DNA of 64,000 nt from a virus (taxonomy: Duplodnaviria > Caudoviricetes), in IMG/VR virus record IMGVR_UViG_3300033074_001483, positions 1 through 64,000 of that record, one strand, 5' to 3'. The translations under genes were made by a program, and so were the position numbers. The notes beneath the pieces are model-generated. The model had not been told where the DNA came from, did not search any database, and was given only the letters and a program-made list of their open reading frames with translations. Below are positions 29,016 through 40,360 of the stretch, in pieces; the stretch's first letter is position 1; every line of letters starts with the position of its first letter.

Positions 29016-32000
29016 TTATGTTGGGCATCCCAATGTTAAACTCCACGCCGTTCCTCCAAGAGGAGCATAGATTTTAACCGTGGCATAACGACTACTTTCA
29101 TTCTTAATGAATGACGTACTTCCCGCTCCCGGTCCTGTAATTGCTTCGGGTGGGTATCCGAGAGAAGTTAACGCATTGTTCAATTGAGATTGATAGCTAG
29201 TACTACCTCGGTATCCAGTGTTAATTACAACACCACCATTCCATTCAACGATAAATTTATCTGGAACATTTTGAGCATTAAATGTTAAATTGACAGTTCC
29301 GGTTCCGGTTCCCAAATCAACAGTGAACGTAGATGGCATGGTTTGTCCTCCCGAGAACGATTGTGCTCCACCACACGGGATAGATGGAATCAATACATCA
29401 ATTACATTGTTTGCATAATCAACATCTTCACCACGGGAAGCAGTTAGTGCCACATAATATGTTCCACCAACAGCGTAAGTATGAGATGGATTTTCTTCCA
29501 CACTTGTCCCTCCATCACCAAAATCCCATTCGAATCCATTAGCATTTTGACTTAGATTCTGAAAGACTACCGTAAGTGGTTCAAAACCAGTAGATGGAAT
29601 TGGAATAAAATTGGCCACTGGCACAATAGGTGGGGGTTGTACCACTTCGGGGTCTCCAATAAGGTATCCACCGGCAAACGTACCCAGTTGATATACGTCA
29701 GCAAAATCACCTATGTAATTTCCTCCGTAATTAACTGGCAAATCTCTTGTTGAAAGGTTTATGTAGGACAAATCCAAATACATGGAACTACTTTCTTCCA
29801 AAGACATTGAAAGACGTAGAAGTTTTGTATTTGGGTCTTGAAAATAATGAGATGCAGTAATGTCAGCATAGAATACTGAACCAGTATTCATTTCACTCAT
29901 TATCTCCTTATGAGTGTATTTTGGTCTTTCCAAAACAGTTGGCTCAATCAAAATTCCGACAATAGCATTTGAACGTGCTGGAACAACATTCTTGATTGCT
30001 TCAAAGATGGATCTATTAAAGTACATCTTGTAGAGAATCATCAGTTCATTAAACAATGTATTACTTCCACTGTATTCATTCAAAGAAGTAGCATATTGCT
30101 TACGGAAATTTTTCAATGTCTGGTAACTGGAAGAGTACTGATTTGTTGGATCTCCAATAGCATCCATGAAATCATAGTTTCCGAAATAACGGATGATATC
30201 TTTATTCCTGAAATCTTGGGGGTCTGCAAAAAATCCAATTTGATTGGAGTCTGGTGCTACACTTATTGGGTTTACCCAAGTGGAACGCTCTTTATCATCA
30301 AATCTTGTTTCAATGGATTGAGAAACGTGGCGAACCTTTTCGTTTCGGAATTTGTTCGGTCCATATTTGGAAACACCCCAAGTGCTCGGATAATCTACAA
30401 CTTTGAACTGGAATGGATAGCAAGATTGAGAAATCCAACATCCCGACCCGCTATCATAAACAAGTTTTTGAGAACCGCTCCAAGGATACCATACTATAGA
30501 GTAATCCATAGTAGATACCTCAATTCCAAGGTATTTATCAATTTTTATAGATGAACTAACAGCATAAAATGGATTTGCATTTTTCCAAATGCCCCAAGGT
30601 TGGGAAGACGCTCCTACGATTGGATCTGCAACGCCAATAGGATTTTGTCTCAAATCAAATGGGTAGTCCGTATGTTGACGGAACATCAAAAATTCATGGA
30701 ACGGGCGGGATCCACTAAAAGCATACGAATTGATGTTATTGACGTAATCTTCGAAATTGGAATCTGTCAGTGGATCATACCATACCTGAAGTTTGTCAAA
30801 TACTCCATGAAATCCTTGACCATTGTGGTAGGTAAACCATCCACCCCGTAGCAAATAATTCCCGACTCCAATTGAAGAAAATTTCTGGTTGGAGTCATAA
30901 TCATATGATATCGCACTTGAAGTTAAGCGCATTAGTGTCTGTCCACGCTCATTCTTTTGTACGTACAAATCAAAGACACACGGTACAGCATCAGGATTTT
31001 CATCAAATTCAAATCCATCTGGTGAAAGGTTTCGGCGAATCATTACGCTATAAATGCTTCCATCGAACAGAGGAAATGTATCACTGTACAACTTCAGTTG
31101 TGGATTATCTTTAAGTCCTATTCTAAACCACATCTGTCCAACATTTGGACGTTCACGACGAACAAACCCAACTGCCCATGCCCCAGAACCAGATGGAGTA
31201 TTTGCTGCTATACTTGATGTAACCGCACCCATGATAGCAATTTCTTGGTTATAATTGTAAATGGATGCGTCATCTAGGCACAATTTGAATAAGAATGTCT
31301 TGGCATCTGTCGGGTAGTTGTTGTACATTGTATTGTACTGCGACGATGTATCAAACATGTATAAATACGTTCTTTCATACGTTGTATAAGATGCCCGAGC
31401 ATCTGTATAAGAAATTCCACCATACTCACGCATGGTAAGAAGCGTGGACGGAATTCCATAACATGCCAGAATCAACTTAACTGCTTCTTCCGTACCTTTG
31501 GTCTTGTAAATCTGTGGAAGATTTATGAGAAGACGATTGCGGATAGCCTTGAAGCGTTCTTCCGCCGACATCTCATTCAATCCATCTATTTGTTCCGAAG
31601 TCAAATAGTTGTTTAAGAGGTTGGATTGTTCTAACGAGTCGTCTAATGTCCAACCAAAAGTTTCCAACATATAGTCAACGACATGTCGAGTGAACTCTTC
31701 CGTTGCTCCATGTCCAATTCTTCGTTCGGATGGAATGTTGGCAACATATTCATAAATCTGGTCGAAGAAATGACCAATCATAGACAAGAAAATGATGTAA
31801 TCATCATTATCGGTATTGGTCAAAATGTGTTGTGGGCAATTGTTGACTAAACTATCCAAATTGTTCTTATCATAGGCACTTGCCGAAATATCCATGTCGG
31901 CAACATAGCTGGCACTGATAAATGCCCCACTAACATAAGTGTAAGCACCACTTCGATAGAGATACGATTCATATCCATCAAAGGAGTTTACAATTTCTGT

Positions 32001-33599
32001 CATCTTCCCCTGAAGATTATTGTACTCTTCTGTATAGAAGGGGTAATAGCTACCACTCGCCAGATAGAATATTTCATTCTTATCATTCAAAGTTTGAAGC
32101 GACGAGGTATAAGATGCCAAACTTATAACCTTATTCTTGAAAATGTTAAGGCGAAGTTGTACCGATGAAAATACAACGAAATTGCTAAAGTTGGTATAGT
32201 CAACGCTGAGTTCGGTCAAGTTTCTGCTGACTGTCAAATCTCTATCCGTTTGATCATCTACCGCCAAATCTTCGGCAGTATAAATCATGTTGGTATTGGT
32301 CAAACTAACATTTGGAATCGGAAGGGAAAAGTTTGGAGGACCAATTTGATGAATTATTCCATCTTGCGGACTCTTAACAATAGCATTGAGAACGTATGGT
32401 GTAAGCGATATGTTAGAAACCCAACACTTATCTTGAATTGAAATATTGGCCGGAAGCTCATCCTTCAACTTTACGATTAGCGTTAAAGGATCACTTGGAT
32501 TGACCTTTTCATCCAACATCCCATGTTGTAAAATCGGAAGGAGGAGATTGTTTCCAAAATCCAAAGCATTTCGTAAATACGAAAAGTATTTCTCTTTGTA
32601 AGTTGTTGCTAGAAGATTTGATATTGGTTGATAGTAGTACTTCGTAAAGAAATCATAGACAAATGCCTTTGCCTCTACATAAGGTTGAAGAGGATGTGCT
32701 CCAATTGGTTTGAACTTACGTTCAATAGATGCCGAAACATATCCGTTGAACTGGCGGTCTAGCTCAGAAAAATCAACAATCTCGGACGAATTGGAGAGGA
32801 GATAATTGCTGAAGTATGTTTGAATACCTTGAATTCGGACGATACTTCCAGTAATAGTATCAATGCTGCCCTGTGCTCTTGGAACAGTAGTATAGATAAT
32901 CAAATCTTCGTAAAGGTTACGAAGGAAAGTAAGCATAGCACCATCCGTTGCCAAAAAGAAAATGCTCTTGACAACATTGATCTCTTTGGTGTAGAGAGGA
33001 CTTATTTTATTGTAAATCTGTTCGTATGGGCACTTTGCCGTTGATGTGAGGTAAAGAGGAGAAACATCTTGGACAATGACTTTCTTATTACAAAATGCAT
33101 TGTAAGTTGGAGAATCCGTAGCTAACGGAATGAGCTTGACTTCTTTTCTCGATGGAGAGATATCTTTGATAATCAAAGGATCGGCAGAACTTCCTGCCAT
33201 CTCTCGTGCAAAGTTGTAAGTGAAAAAGTAGCTTCCAGAATGAACATTGATAGACTCTGAAAGTTGTTCTGGAGGACTGGTCAGAATCTTTTCATTCTTG
33301 AAAAGAATGAAATCAGGTTTTAATTCAGCATAAGAATATGTTACAACCGAGTCAAGAGTATTCAGATAAGAAAGAGTCGTGATATTGTAACTCTTGGACT
33401 GATTTAGAACATTCCATCCTACAAAATTGTTTTGTCTATCCCACGCCCCAAACTCAATGATATCGTTCGCAGAAAATCCATACCATAGATCGGAAGTAAA
33501 TCCCTTTACAAACAGGGAGTGTTCCGTACGGTTCAAATACGAACCCGTATTCAAACTTGCAGTATTCTCTGCAACCATTTGGTATGATGTAAACTCCAT
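29016..33599 (-). CDS. Large baseplate/tail structural protein with a C-terminal PKD domain
   Basis: IYKTKGTEEAVKLIL segment resembles baseplate wedge/tail protein I; PKD motif ANF...WDFGDGGTS...PSHTYAVGGTY. Confidence 0.7.
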   Translation of the reverse strand: MEFTSYQMVAENTASLNTGSYLNRTEHSLFVKGFTSDLWYGFSANDIIEFGAWDRQNNFVGWNVLNQSKSYNITTLSYLNTLDSVVTYSYAELKPDFILFKNEKILTSPPEQLSESINVHSGSYFFTYNFAREMAGSSADPLIIKDISPSRKEVKLIPLATDSPTYNAFCNKKVIVQDVSPLYLTSTAKCPYEQIYNKISPLYTKEINVVKSIFFLATDGAMLTFLRNLYEDLIIYTTVPRAQGSIDTITGSIVRIQGIQTYFSNYLLSNSSEIVDFSELDRQFNGYVSASIERKFKPIGAHPLQPYVEAKAFVYDFFTKYYYQPISNLLATTYKEKYFSYLRNALDFGNNLLLPILQHGMLDEKVNPSDPLTLIVKLKDELPANISIQDKCWVSNISLTPYVLNAIVKSPQDGIIHQIGPPNFSLPIPNVSLTNTNMIYTAEDLAVDDQTDRDLTVSRNLTELSVDYTNFSNFVVFSSVQLRLNIFKNKVISLASYTSSLQTLNDKNEIFYLASGSYYPFYTEEYNNLQGKMTEIVNSFDGYESYLYRSGAYTYVSGAFISASYVADMDISASAYDKNNLDSLVNNCPQHILTNTDNDDYIIFLSMIGHFFDQIYEYVANIPSERRIGHGATEEFTRHVVDYMLETFGWTLDDSLEQSNLLNNYLTSEQIDGLNEMSAEERFKAIRNRLLINLPQIYKTKGTEEAVKLILACYGIPSTLLTMREYGGISYTDARASYTTYERTYLYMFDTSSQYNTMYNNYPTDAKTFLFKLCLDDASIYNYNQEIAIMGAVTSSIAANTPSGSGAWAVGFVRRERPNVGQMWFRIGLKDNPQLKLYSDTFPLFDGSIYSVMIRRNLSPDGFEFDENPDAVPCVFDLYVQKNERGQTLMRLTSSAISYDYDSNQKFSSIGVGNYLLRGGWFTYHNGQGFHGVFDKLQVWYDPLTDSNFEDYVNNINSYAFSGSRPFHEFLMFRQHTDYPFDLRQNPIGVADPIVGASSQPWGIWKNANPFYAVSSSIKIDKYLGIEVSTMDYSIVWYPWSGSQKLVYDSGSGCWISQSCYPFQFKVVDYPSTWGVSKYGPNKFRNEKVRHVSQSIETRFDDKERSTWVNPISVAPDSNQIGFFADPQDFRNKDIIRYFGNYDFMDAIGDPTNQYSSSYQTLKNFRKQYATSLNEYSGSNTLFNELMILYKMYFNRSIFEAIKNVVPARSNAIVGILIEPTVLERPKYTHKEIMSEMNTGSVFYADITASHYFQDPNTKLLRLSMSLEESSSMYLDLSYINLSTRDLPVNYGGNYIGDFADVYQLGTFAGGYLIGDPEVVQPPPIVPVANFIPIPSTGFEPLTVVFQNLSQNANGFEWDFGDGGTSVEENPSHTYAVGGTYYVALTASRGEDVDYANNVIDVLIPSIPCGGAQSFSGGQTMPSTFTVDLGTGTGTVNLTFNAQNVPDKFIVEWNGGVVINTGYRGSTSYQSQLNNALTSLGYPPEAITGPGAGSTSFIKNESSRYATVKIYAPLGGTAWSLTLGCPT

Positions 33600-33600
33600 A

Positions 33601-34062
33601 TTACGTATTCTTGTTCTTCACGATTGGGGTGTATGGGAAATCTTCCGAAAAATCCGTCTCAACTCTACCTTGTCCAAGTGCTTTCCTGAGTTCCAAGATA
33701 ACGGTCTTGGTTGCCATTTGATCGGCGACAGACCCACTTACTTCATTCTGTGTAATCACTGAATCGAGTTGTGTTTTGAGCGTGACATTCTCTTGTTGCA
33801 CAATATCCAATTGCTGCTGTAAATTGCTGACGCTTTCTTGTGTATCTTGAATTACTTGAGGAACAAACTCTTCAAAATTGACATTGTACATCGTCTCAAT
33901 TTTGGAGTTATCGTACACCGGATTTTGCAATGGGAAGGCGACATAAACTTGATTGAAGTTTACCGAACAACTATCAAAAATCATATTACCTACACTATCA
34001 AATTTGTAAGTGTAGGTGCCATATTTTTGAAAGTTCCAGATGTCTTGTGAAAAGTCTGCCAT
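33601..34062 (-). CDS. Hypothetical coiled-coil protein
   Basis: 153-aa ORF with a heptad-rich centre, coupled to its neighbours. Confidence 0.65.
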   Translation of the reverse strand: MADFSQDIWNFQKYGTYTYKFDSVGNMIFDSCSVNFNQVYVAFPLQNPVYDNSKIETMYNVNFEEFVPQVIQDTQESVSNLQQQLDIVQQENVTLKTQLDSVITQNEVSGSVADQMATKTVILELRKALGQGRVETDFSEDFPYTPIVKNKNT

Positions 34063-34063
34063 A

Positions 34064-36643
34064 TTACGGTGTCTGACTTGCGCTGATGTATGGAATACCC
34101 AACGGCCAAGTAAAGAATGTTACGCTAGATGGATATTCTACTCCACCACGGACAATTTTGAATGTTTTACCAGTGTCAATGGTATAGATTTCATCCTCAT
34201 CTTGAACTCGGATTAGAACTCGATAGTAACGCTCTTGTGGAAGTGCCGTTGTATCCACAAAGAAGTAATTGCCATGAGGGTAATTACAACTTATCTGAGT
34301 ATAACTATCAAAATTGAGCACAATTTCCTCAGTTTGATCATCTTTAAGCGCATAGAAAGACGACGATGGAAGGTACTCTGGAATCATGTATTGTTCTTGC
34401 TGAGTTGCCTTTCCGAAGTATTTCAATGGAAACTTTTTACGTCCAAACACATTCATTCTTACAACATCTCCCACTCTATATTGGGGTTGGAGGTTCTGTA
34501 AGTTAATGCTAAACGGATATGAAATGTCCATAGCAGTCATAACACTGGCAGACATTTCTACGCTGCTGGTGTATTGATAGCTTGACGTAAACACGCTTCC
34601 GCTCAGTTGGAGATTGACTGCTGCTCCGAGAAGCGGACCATCAATTAACTGGCCGACAAAACTTGCACTATTTGCTCCCGCACTTGCTGTATCAGGAGAA
34701 CCATTGGAACCACTGATTGTATAGAGACCAATAGCATTTCCCCAAACGTAAGTTCCATTGATGTAGGCATACGCATATGGTTCAATTGCAGACGGCAATA
34801 TAATATTGACTCTTGCGCCAAGCAAGGATGCCTCTGTCCAAGAACCAGTCAAATATGCATTTTCAAACTTATGGTCCACGTAGAATGCACCAAATGTGCT
34901 TCCACTCCACACTCCGTTCAAAAACGATCCGGATGCAAATGATGCACTGAAAGATTTTCCGCAAGGTCCATTGACAAGTGATTCAGAAACAGAAACCAAT
35001 CCTGAGACATTTCCGATAACCGGCAATCCGAGAATATTTCCGCCCAATCCTTGACCAACAACAAATCCATAGAACCAGTTACTTGCTGTATCGAAGTAGA
35101 ATCCATTAAATGAACCCGAGAAATCAATTACAGAAGCAGTTACTTCTCCAACATAGGCATAAATACTACCAGTTGTCTCAATAGACCCACTCAGAATGCC
35201 AATGATACTTCCAGAAATTCCAGTATCACTGACTTCAACATCTATTCCTTCTACCGACCCGCTGAAATATGATGATGTGAAAATGCCACTGCCCGACAGA
35301 GATCCTGACACATAAGATGCTCGCCCATCCAAAGCTCCCGAAACATTTGCTTCTACTCGATAGATAACACTATCAAAACTAGGATTGCTTTCTGTAATGT
35401 AGTGAGAAGTAAGCGTTAATAACGCACTTCCTGAAAATATTCCGGCTACTCCACCAGCAATTGTTAATGATGAACCACTCTGAATAGACGCAGAAATTCC
35501 AGAACCAGTTGTGGCAATAGTCACGCTTCCTGTTGAAATACTGCCGGTGACATAAACGGAGTCATTCCAACAAACATCCAGAACAGGTGAGTAAATTGTA
35601 TTGGTATCTTTGCTGAAGAACTTCAGCACAAAACCAGAACCAGTAGAAACTAGTTCGTCGGAACTGATAAGAATAAATCCATTGTTCGGATGACTACCAC
35701 TAATCCATCGCATTACCATTGCCGTGACATCCATATCAATGTCGGCAGATTTGTATCCGAAATTTTGATGGCTGTACATGTCAGTGTACCATGTTCCACC
35801 ACCATATCCGAATGATTGAGTAGCAAGAGAAGGAGTGTTGATGAAGTCAATATCCCCACGAGTTCCGCTCACATAGGTATTATACCAAGGAGTTCCATCG
35901 TTGTTATCCCTATACAACCAACTCACACCTTCATCTGACCCACCATCTGACCAATAACCATTACCCATGTTCCAACTTTGACTTACTGCCAAAGCAAAAA
36001 TGGTATAGTTGATTGGAAGTTGGTATTCATTACATATCTTTATCTTGAGATAGAACTTGGGGTCTGTAATGACACCCTCGGCAATTGATTGCGAAATCAC
36101 AGTCAAATCAAATCCAAGCATGGCTCTATCAACGTATTTGACTGTTCTCGTTGTCCAATTTCCTTCGTTGCGTGTATCTATACCCGACCCCGTTCCCGTC
36201 AAGCACCCACTGGAACCGCTCAAAGTTCCTTCAAATAATCCTGTGGAATAGGTAGCCGAAATAGAACCAGTGATGTAACCATCAACCAAACTTCCCGAGA
36301 CTACACTTGCACTTAACTCTTGAGGAGTTCCATCAATTGAACCCGAAAAATATGAGGCACTGAAATCAAGATTGCTTCCTGAAATGCTTCCACTTGCGAA
36401 ATCTACCGTTCCAGAAAAAGAACCCGTGAAGATAGCTGTAAAATAAGTAACCTGTTGGTTATTGAAGATGGCATTGGTATATGGATAATCCTTTGTGGCA
36501 CTATACACTCTCTGAGGAATGTTTGTTGTACCTATTTGTAGGATTTCGTCAATACCAAAGTTCTTATCTTCATAACCTGAGCGGTTACTGATGTAGGTAT
36601 CTTCTGCTGGATATATGAAATGATGCACGGTTATCCCTTCCAA
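34064..36643 (-). CDS. Structural protein with a DNRLRE-like N-terminal domain and S/G-rich beta repeats
   Basis: FIYPAEDTYI...NFGIDEILQIG and RAMLGFDL motifs; many SGS repeats. Confidence 0.6.
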   Translation of the reverse strand: MEGITVHHFIYPAEDTYISNRSGYEDKNFGIDEILQIGTTNIPQRVYSATKDYPYTNAIFNNQQVTYFTAIFTGSFSGTVDFASGSISGSNLDFSASYFSGSIDGTPQELSASVVSGSLVDGYITGSISATYSTGLFEGTLSGSSGCLTGTGSGIDTRNEGNWTTRTVKYVDRAMLGFDLTVISQSIAEGVITDPKFYLKIKICNEYQLPINYTIFALAVSQSWNMGNGYWSDGGSDEGVSWLYRDNNDGTPWYNTYVSGTRGDIDFINTPSLATQSFGYGGGTWYTDMYSHQNFGYKSADIDMDVTAMVMRWISGSHPNNGFILISSDELVSTGSGFVLKFFSKDTNTIYSPVLDVCWNDSVYVTGSISTGSVTIATTGSGISASIQSGSSLTIAGGVAGIFSGSALLTLTSHYITESNPSFDSVIYRVEANVSGALDGRASYVSGSLSGSGIFTSSYFSGSVEGIDVEVSDTGISGSIIGILSGSIETTGSIYAYVGEVTASVIDFSGSFNGFYFDTASNWFYGFVVGQGLGGNILGLPVIGNVSGLVSVSESLVNGPCGKSFSASFASGSFLNGVWSGSTFGAFYVDHKFENAYLTGSWTEASLLGARVNIILPSAIEPYAYAYINGTYVWGNAIGLYTISGSNGSPDTASAGANSASFVGQLIDGPLLGAAVNLQLSGSVFTSSYQYTSSVEMSASVMTAMDISYPFSINLQNLQPQYRVGDVVRMNVFGRKKFPLKYFGKATQQEQYMIPEYLPSSSFYALKDDQTEEIVLNFDSYTQISCNYPHGNYFFVDTTALPQERYYRVLIRVQDEDEIYTIDTGKTFKIVRGGVEYPSSVTFFTWPLGIPYISASQTP

Positions 36644-37266
36644 TCCAAATGATTGTGTTTTTTGAGATTATCCTCTTTTGATAGAGGTTGTAAATTGGTA
36701 TAATGAAATGCTTTTTTCTGTTCGTCTTCATCAGCCAAATTGAACTTACTAATTGGATTTATATGGTCAATATGCCACACAAGTCCATGATTTTCCCACG
36801 TCCATTCTTGTCTAAATTGACGTTCTAAATGAAGTTTTAGATCATTCAATGTACATCCAAACAATTCCGCCGATTTTTTGACTAATTTATTAGCGTTTTG
36901 AGTTTTCAATGCATTGCGTAATCTGCTACGATGCAATGATATAATTTTGTAAATAGGGTCCGTATGATATTTGTTTTTTGTATAGTGTTTATGATGATTT
37001 TTATATTCAATACTACTGTATTTTTTCAAATATCTATCACGCACCAATTTCTTGTTTTCAGTTCTGTATTTTAGGCAGGTATCTAAAATGTGTTCCTTTT
37101 TCTCCAAATATCTATCGGCATTATAAGTAGCGATTTTATCCTTATTTTTGTCTTGCCATTTTTTACAAGCCATAAGAATTTGCTTTTTATTTTGTTGATA
37201 ATAAAGACGTTTACGTTCTTTTTCACGCTCTTTATTAGCTTGATAATATGATTGATTCTTATTCAT
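36631..37266 (-). CDS. HNH homing endonuclease
   Basis: WHIDHINPISKF...HYTNLQPL...NLKK. Start placed at MNKNQSYY. Confidence 0.85.
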   Translation of the reverse strand: MNKNQSYYQANKEREKERKRLYYQQNKKQILMACKKWQDKNKDKIATYNADRYLEKKEHILDTCLKYRTENKKLVRDRYLKKYSSIEYKNHHKHYTKNKYHTDPIYKIISLHRSRLRNALKTQNANKLVKKSAELFGCTLNDLKLHLERQFRQEWTWENHGLVWHIDHINPISKFNLADEDEQKKAFHYTNLQPLSKEDNLKKHNHLDWKG

Positions 37267-37267
37267 A

Positions 37268-39247
37268 TTATAATACCGATCCTCGTATGTCGGAATCTGG
37301 GTATTTGACCTCAAAAATTGATGGATCAACAGATGGATAAATGATTCCATTTTTGGTTGCCGAAACAATGTCATACTCTACGGTAGAGTAATCACCATCT
37401 AGTGATGTCTTATTGTAAACCTTAATGTCCACCACTGCTTGAACCCCATCTCTTTTGGCAATCTCAAGACTCAACTGACTCAAGTTAATTGGTTGTGAGA
37501 AGTTCCATTGGTCAATGTTGAAAAAGTCCTTGACTGTATTGATACAATCTAAGAGGACATCCTTCTTGTTAAATCCTTTGTACACCGTAATTGTAAAATC
37601 CACACCGATGTTAATAATATAACCATCAATGATGTTTACAGCATCGGTCAACATCCTATACTGCTTCAAGTAAGTGATTAGATTTGTAATCAGTGCTTGA
37701 TTTGGTCTCGTCAGTTTTTTATTGGCATCAAATGAAAGCAAATATAAGTTGATGGCAAATGGATTCGTGGTATCATATGTCAATCCTCGGAAATAGTTAG
37801 TACTGACATTATTGACCAAGGATGCCATGTTATCTTGGTCAACGACTCCTACCAAAATCTTATTTACACCAACTGCCAGATTTGTATCTGTAATCACCTG
37901 TGCTTTAGCAATAGAACCAAATTTGGGTGGTAATGAATAAATACGAGCAAGGAAATCGTTCTGGGTTACAGCACGATTTTGGGCGGCAAAGTTTGCCATT
38001 GCGTTGAGTTTGATTTCCTCGTCTGTTTCTGCCTCGCCTCCTCCCACGATTGGTGCAAGATTGGTTACTCTTAAAGAATTCTTGACCGTGGTGAGCATAT
38101 CCACTTGTTCTGGCAACAATCCTTCGGACGAGTTATCAAACTCTGCCTGAACAACATTTCGTATTTCATCTCCTTGACAATTGCTTGCCAACCCTCCCCC
38201 AACAAGATACTTAATGGTCAATGTTGTATTCTGCGGTGCAATACCATAATTTTCACTCTTGAGGAAATTACTTGGATCAATTGGAACATTGACATTTCGG
38301 ATGTTCCCGAGTCCTTGCCCAATCAGGGCAGAATCGAACGTGACAAGTTCATCATCCATTCCATTGATGCCTGCTCCAAATTGTAAAGTGGTAATATTGT
38401 TTTCATCTACCCGTGTAATGAAGCGACGAGAAGTTTTGAGATACTTCAAAATATATGGAACAGAATCCTTGTACTGTTTCAGCGATCCTTCATATTCAGC
38501 ATCGTTGGGAACAGAAGTTGGGACCAATTCTTGTGCCAAAAAATCTACTTCATACCATTTATTGTTATCCGAATCTACCACTTCAAGTACTGCCAGAACA
38601 TTATTCTCCTCCAACTGTACTTCATAGAAAGATGTCGGGTCATTAACTGTTATTTCTTTTGTCAATATTTGACCAGCACTTACCGGACCTTCTTTTCCAA
38701 GAAGGAAAAATTCAGGAGTTCCGTCATCATTTCTTGAGTAAACTGTTTCCGTTCTTGGAGAATTGGAAGAACTAACTGAAAAATCAACCCCCGAAGTCAA
38801 AACGTAATAGGAATTGGCGTTGTTTGAAAACTGACTATTTTCTCTAACCAACAACATGTAATCGGGATCTGGATAGTAGTTTCCTGCTCCATCGTCGGCG
38901 GATGGACAAATTTGATACAACATGACATTACCAGAAGCTGCACGAGAAGTCTTTACTCTGTATCCAAGAAAATTAGCAAGACTAAGAATATTCCTACGTT
39001 CCGTTGCACTCAACATCAAACCTTCTTTGAATGCATAATCGGTATAATAACTCAGAACATCACCTACATATGCCGCTTGTTCAATGAACATCATGCCGGG
39101 GGAAGCTGCCGAAAAATCTTTGTAGGTATTTGGATAGTAGGTCTTGGCAAAGTTAATCAGGGCATCTCGCAACTGTGCAAAATCACGGTTTAGATAGCGA
39201 ATATCCTTGCTATTTGGGGTGAATGACTTTTGTACTGTGCTTGGCAT
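37268..39247 (-). CDS. Baseplate wedge subunit (T4 gp6 / baseplate J-like)
   Basis: YLNRDFAQLRDALINFAKTYYPNTYKDF...GMMFIE and QNRAVTQNDF motifs. Confidence 0.85.
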   Translation of the reverse strand: MPSTVQKSFTPNSKDIRYLNRDFAQLRDALINFAKTYYPNTYKDFSAASPGMMFIEQAAYVGDVLSYYTDYAFKEGLMLSATERRNILSLANFLGYRVKTSRAASGNVMLYQICPSADDGAGNYYPDPDYMLLVRENSQFSNNANSYYVLTSGVDFSVSSSNSPRTETVYSRNDDGTPEFFLLGKEGPVSAGQILTKEITVNDPTSFYEVQLEENNVLAVLEVVDSDNNKWYEVDFLAQELVPTSVPNDAEYEGSLKQYKDSVPYILKYLKTSRRFITRVDENNITTLQFGAGINGMDDELVTFDSALIGQGLGNIRNVNVPIDPSNFLKSENYGIAPQNTTLTIKYLVGGGLASNCQGDEIRNVVQAEFDNSSEGLLPEQVDMLTTVKNSLRVTNLAPIVGGGEAETDEEIKLNAMANFAAQNRAVTQNDFLARIYSLPPKFGSIAKAQVITDTNLAVGVNKILVGVVDQDNMASLVNNVSTNYFRGLTYDTTNPFAINLYLLSFDANKKLTRPNQALITNLITYLKQYRMLTDAVNIIDGYIINIGVDFTITVYKGFNKKDVLLDCINTVKDFFNIDQWNFSQPINLSQLSLEIAKRDGVQAVVDIKVYNKTSLDGDYSTVEYDIVSATKNGIIYPSVDPSIFEVKYPDSDIRGSVL

Positions 39248-39249
39248 AA

Positions 39250-39669
39250 TTATACTTTGCTCTTGTTAAGGACAATTTCAACAACATCCTCTTGATTGAT
39301 AGCATCAACAGTAAATTTTACTGCGATGTACAGTTTATAAATATCTCGTAGGTCTGTACTTTCGTCGTTTTCAAAGTATTTCACTTCAACAGAATTTACT
39401 GTGACCCCGGGAATCCACTGGGCGATGTCTTCTTTTATCGTATTTTCTACCTTGGCTGGTATAAAATCATCATTCGGCTCAAAGGTAATATTCCACAAAC
39501 GACTCCCGAATGTTGGGTTCATTCGACGTTCTCCCGGTGCTGTCCGAATGAGATTGATGATATTCATTCGGTACGCAGTAAAGGTATCAGTAGATTGGTC
39601 AAAATATCCTACTGGTCCGCTGGTGATTGGAAGGTTAATCCCAATCGGAGTATTTTTGACTACTGCCAT
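39250..39669 (-). CDS. Baseplate wedge protein (gp25/GPW family)
   Basis: NIINLIRTAPGERRMNPTFGSRLWNITFEP. Confidence 0.9.
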   Translation of the reverse strand: MAVVKNTPIGINLPITSGPVGYFDQSTDTFTAYRMNIINLIRTAPGERRMNPTFGSRLWNITFEPNDDFIPAKVENTIKEDIAQWIPGVTVNSVEVKYFENDESTDLRDIYKLYIAVKFTVDAINQEDVVEIVLNKSKV

Positions 39670-40346
39670 TAGTGTCTTGGTCCTTTAGATTGTTGGAGAA
39701 TTTTTCTCATACGATCAAAATTCGTCAACGCCGCTCCAACTGCTCCCGGCACTATTCCCGCCCGAGCTACGTCCAAGGCCGATACTTCGCCCATCGCTTC
39801 CATAGGGATATGTGTACTTTCTTGACCTTCGACAAGTTGAGGAGGACGTGCTAACGGTACTCCGGGGCTTACTCCCGGCATACTTGGCATACGAGCAAAT
39901 GATGGCATTTCAGATTCATCCATCATTTCTCCAACCCCAGTCATTGCCGTTGGACCTGTTGGCATACTTGCCATTGCTGCCACAACTCCCGGTCCACCAC
40001 CCATTGCCATTCTTTCTTGGCCACTAAATGGACGGGTTTGATTCAAAATTGAATTGAGAACTGGGTCTTTAGTAAATTGTTTAGGTTGTTTTGGACCCGA
40101 CGGTTGATTTTTCATTACTGGAGTACCCGCAAACATTTCTCGTAATGATTGTTTTAGCGTAGTTTCTTCGGTTTCCATTTCCTCTTGAACAGGTTGAGAT
40201 TCTGGTTGCCTTGCTTCGGCAACGACAGTTCTACCCATCATGTTTTGGAATGTTTCGGCAATAATCCCGGGAAGTTGCTTTCGCACTTCCTTTGCTACAA
40301 GGATTTCGATTATCTGTGTGAGTTGTGTAAGTTCGGACTTTTTCAT
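39669..40346 (-). CDS. Hypothetical protein (P/M/Q-rich)
   Basis: Start placed at MKKSELTQ, 3 nt after a TATTTATA motif. Confidence 0.65.
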   Translation of the reverse strand: MKKSELTQLTQIIEILVAKEVRKQLPGIIAETFQNMMGRTVVAEARQPESQPVQEEMETEETTLKQSLREMFAGTPVMKNQPSGPKQPKQFTKDPVLNSILNQTRPFSGQERMAMGGGPGVVAAMASMPTGPTAMTGVGEMMDESEMPSFARMPSMPGVSPGVPLARPPQLVEGQESTHIPMEAMGEVSALDVARAGIVPGAVGAALTNFDRMRKILQQSKGPRH

Positions 40347-40360
40347 AGGTATAAATATCC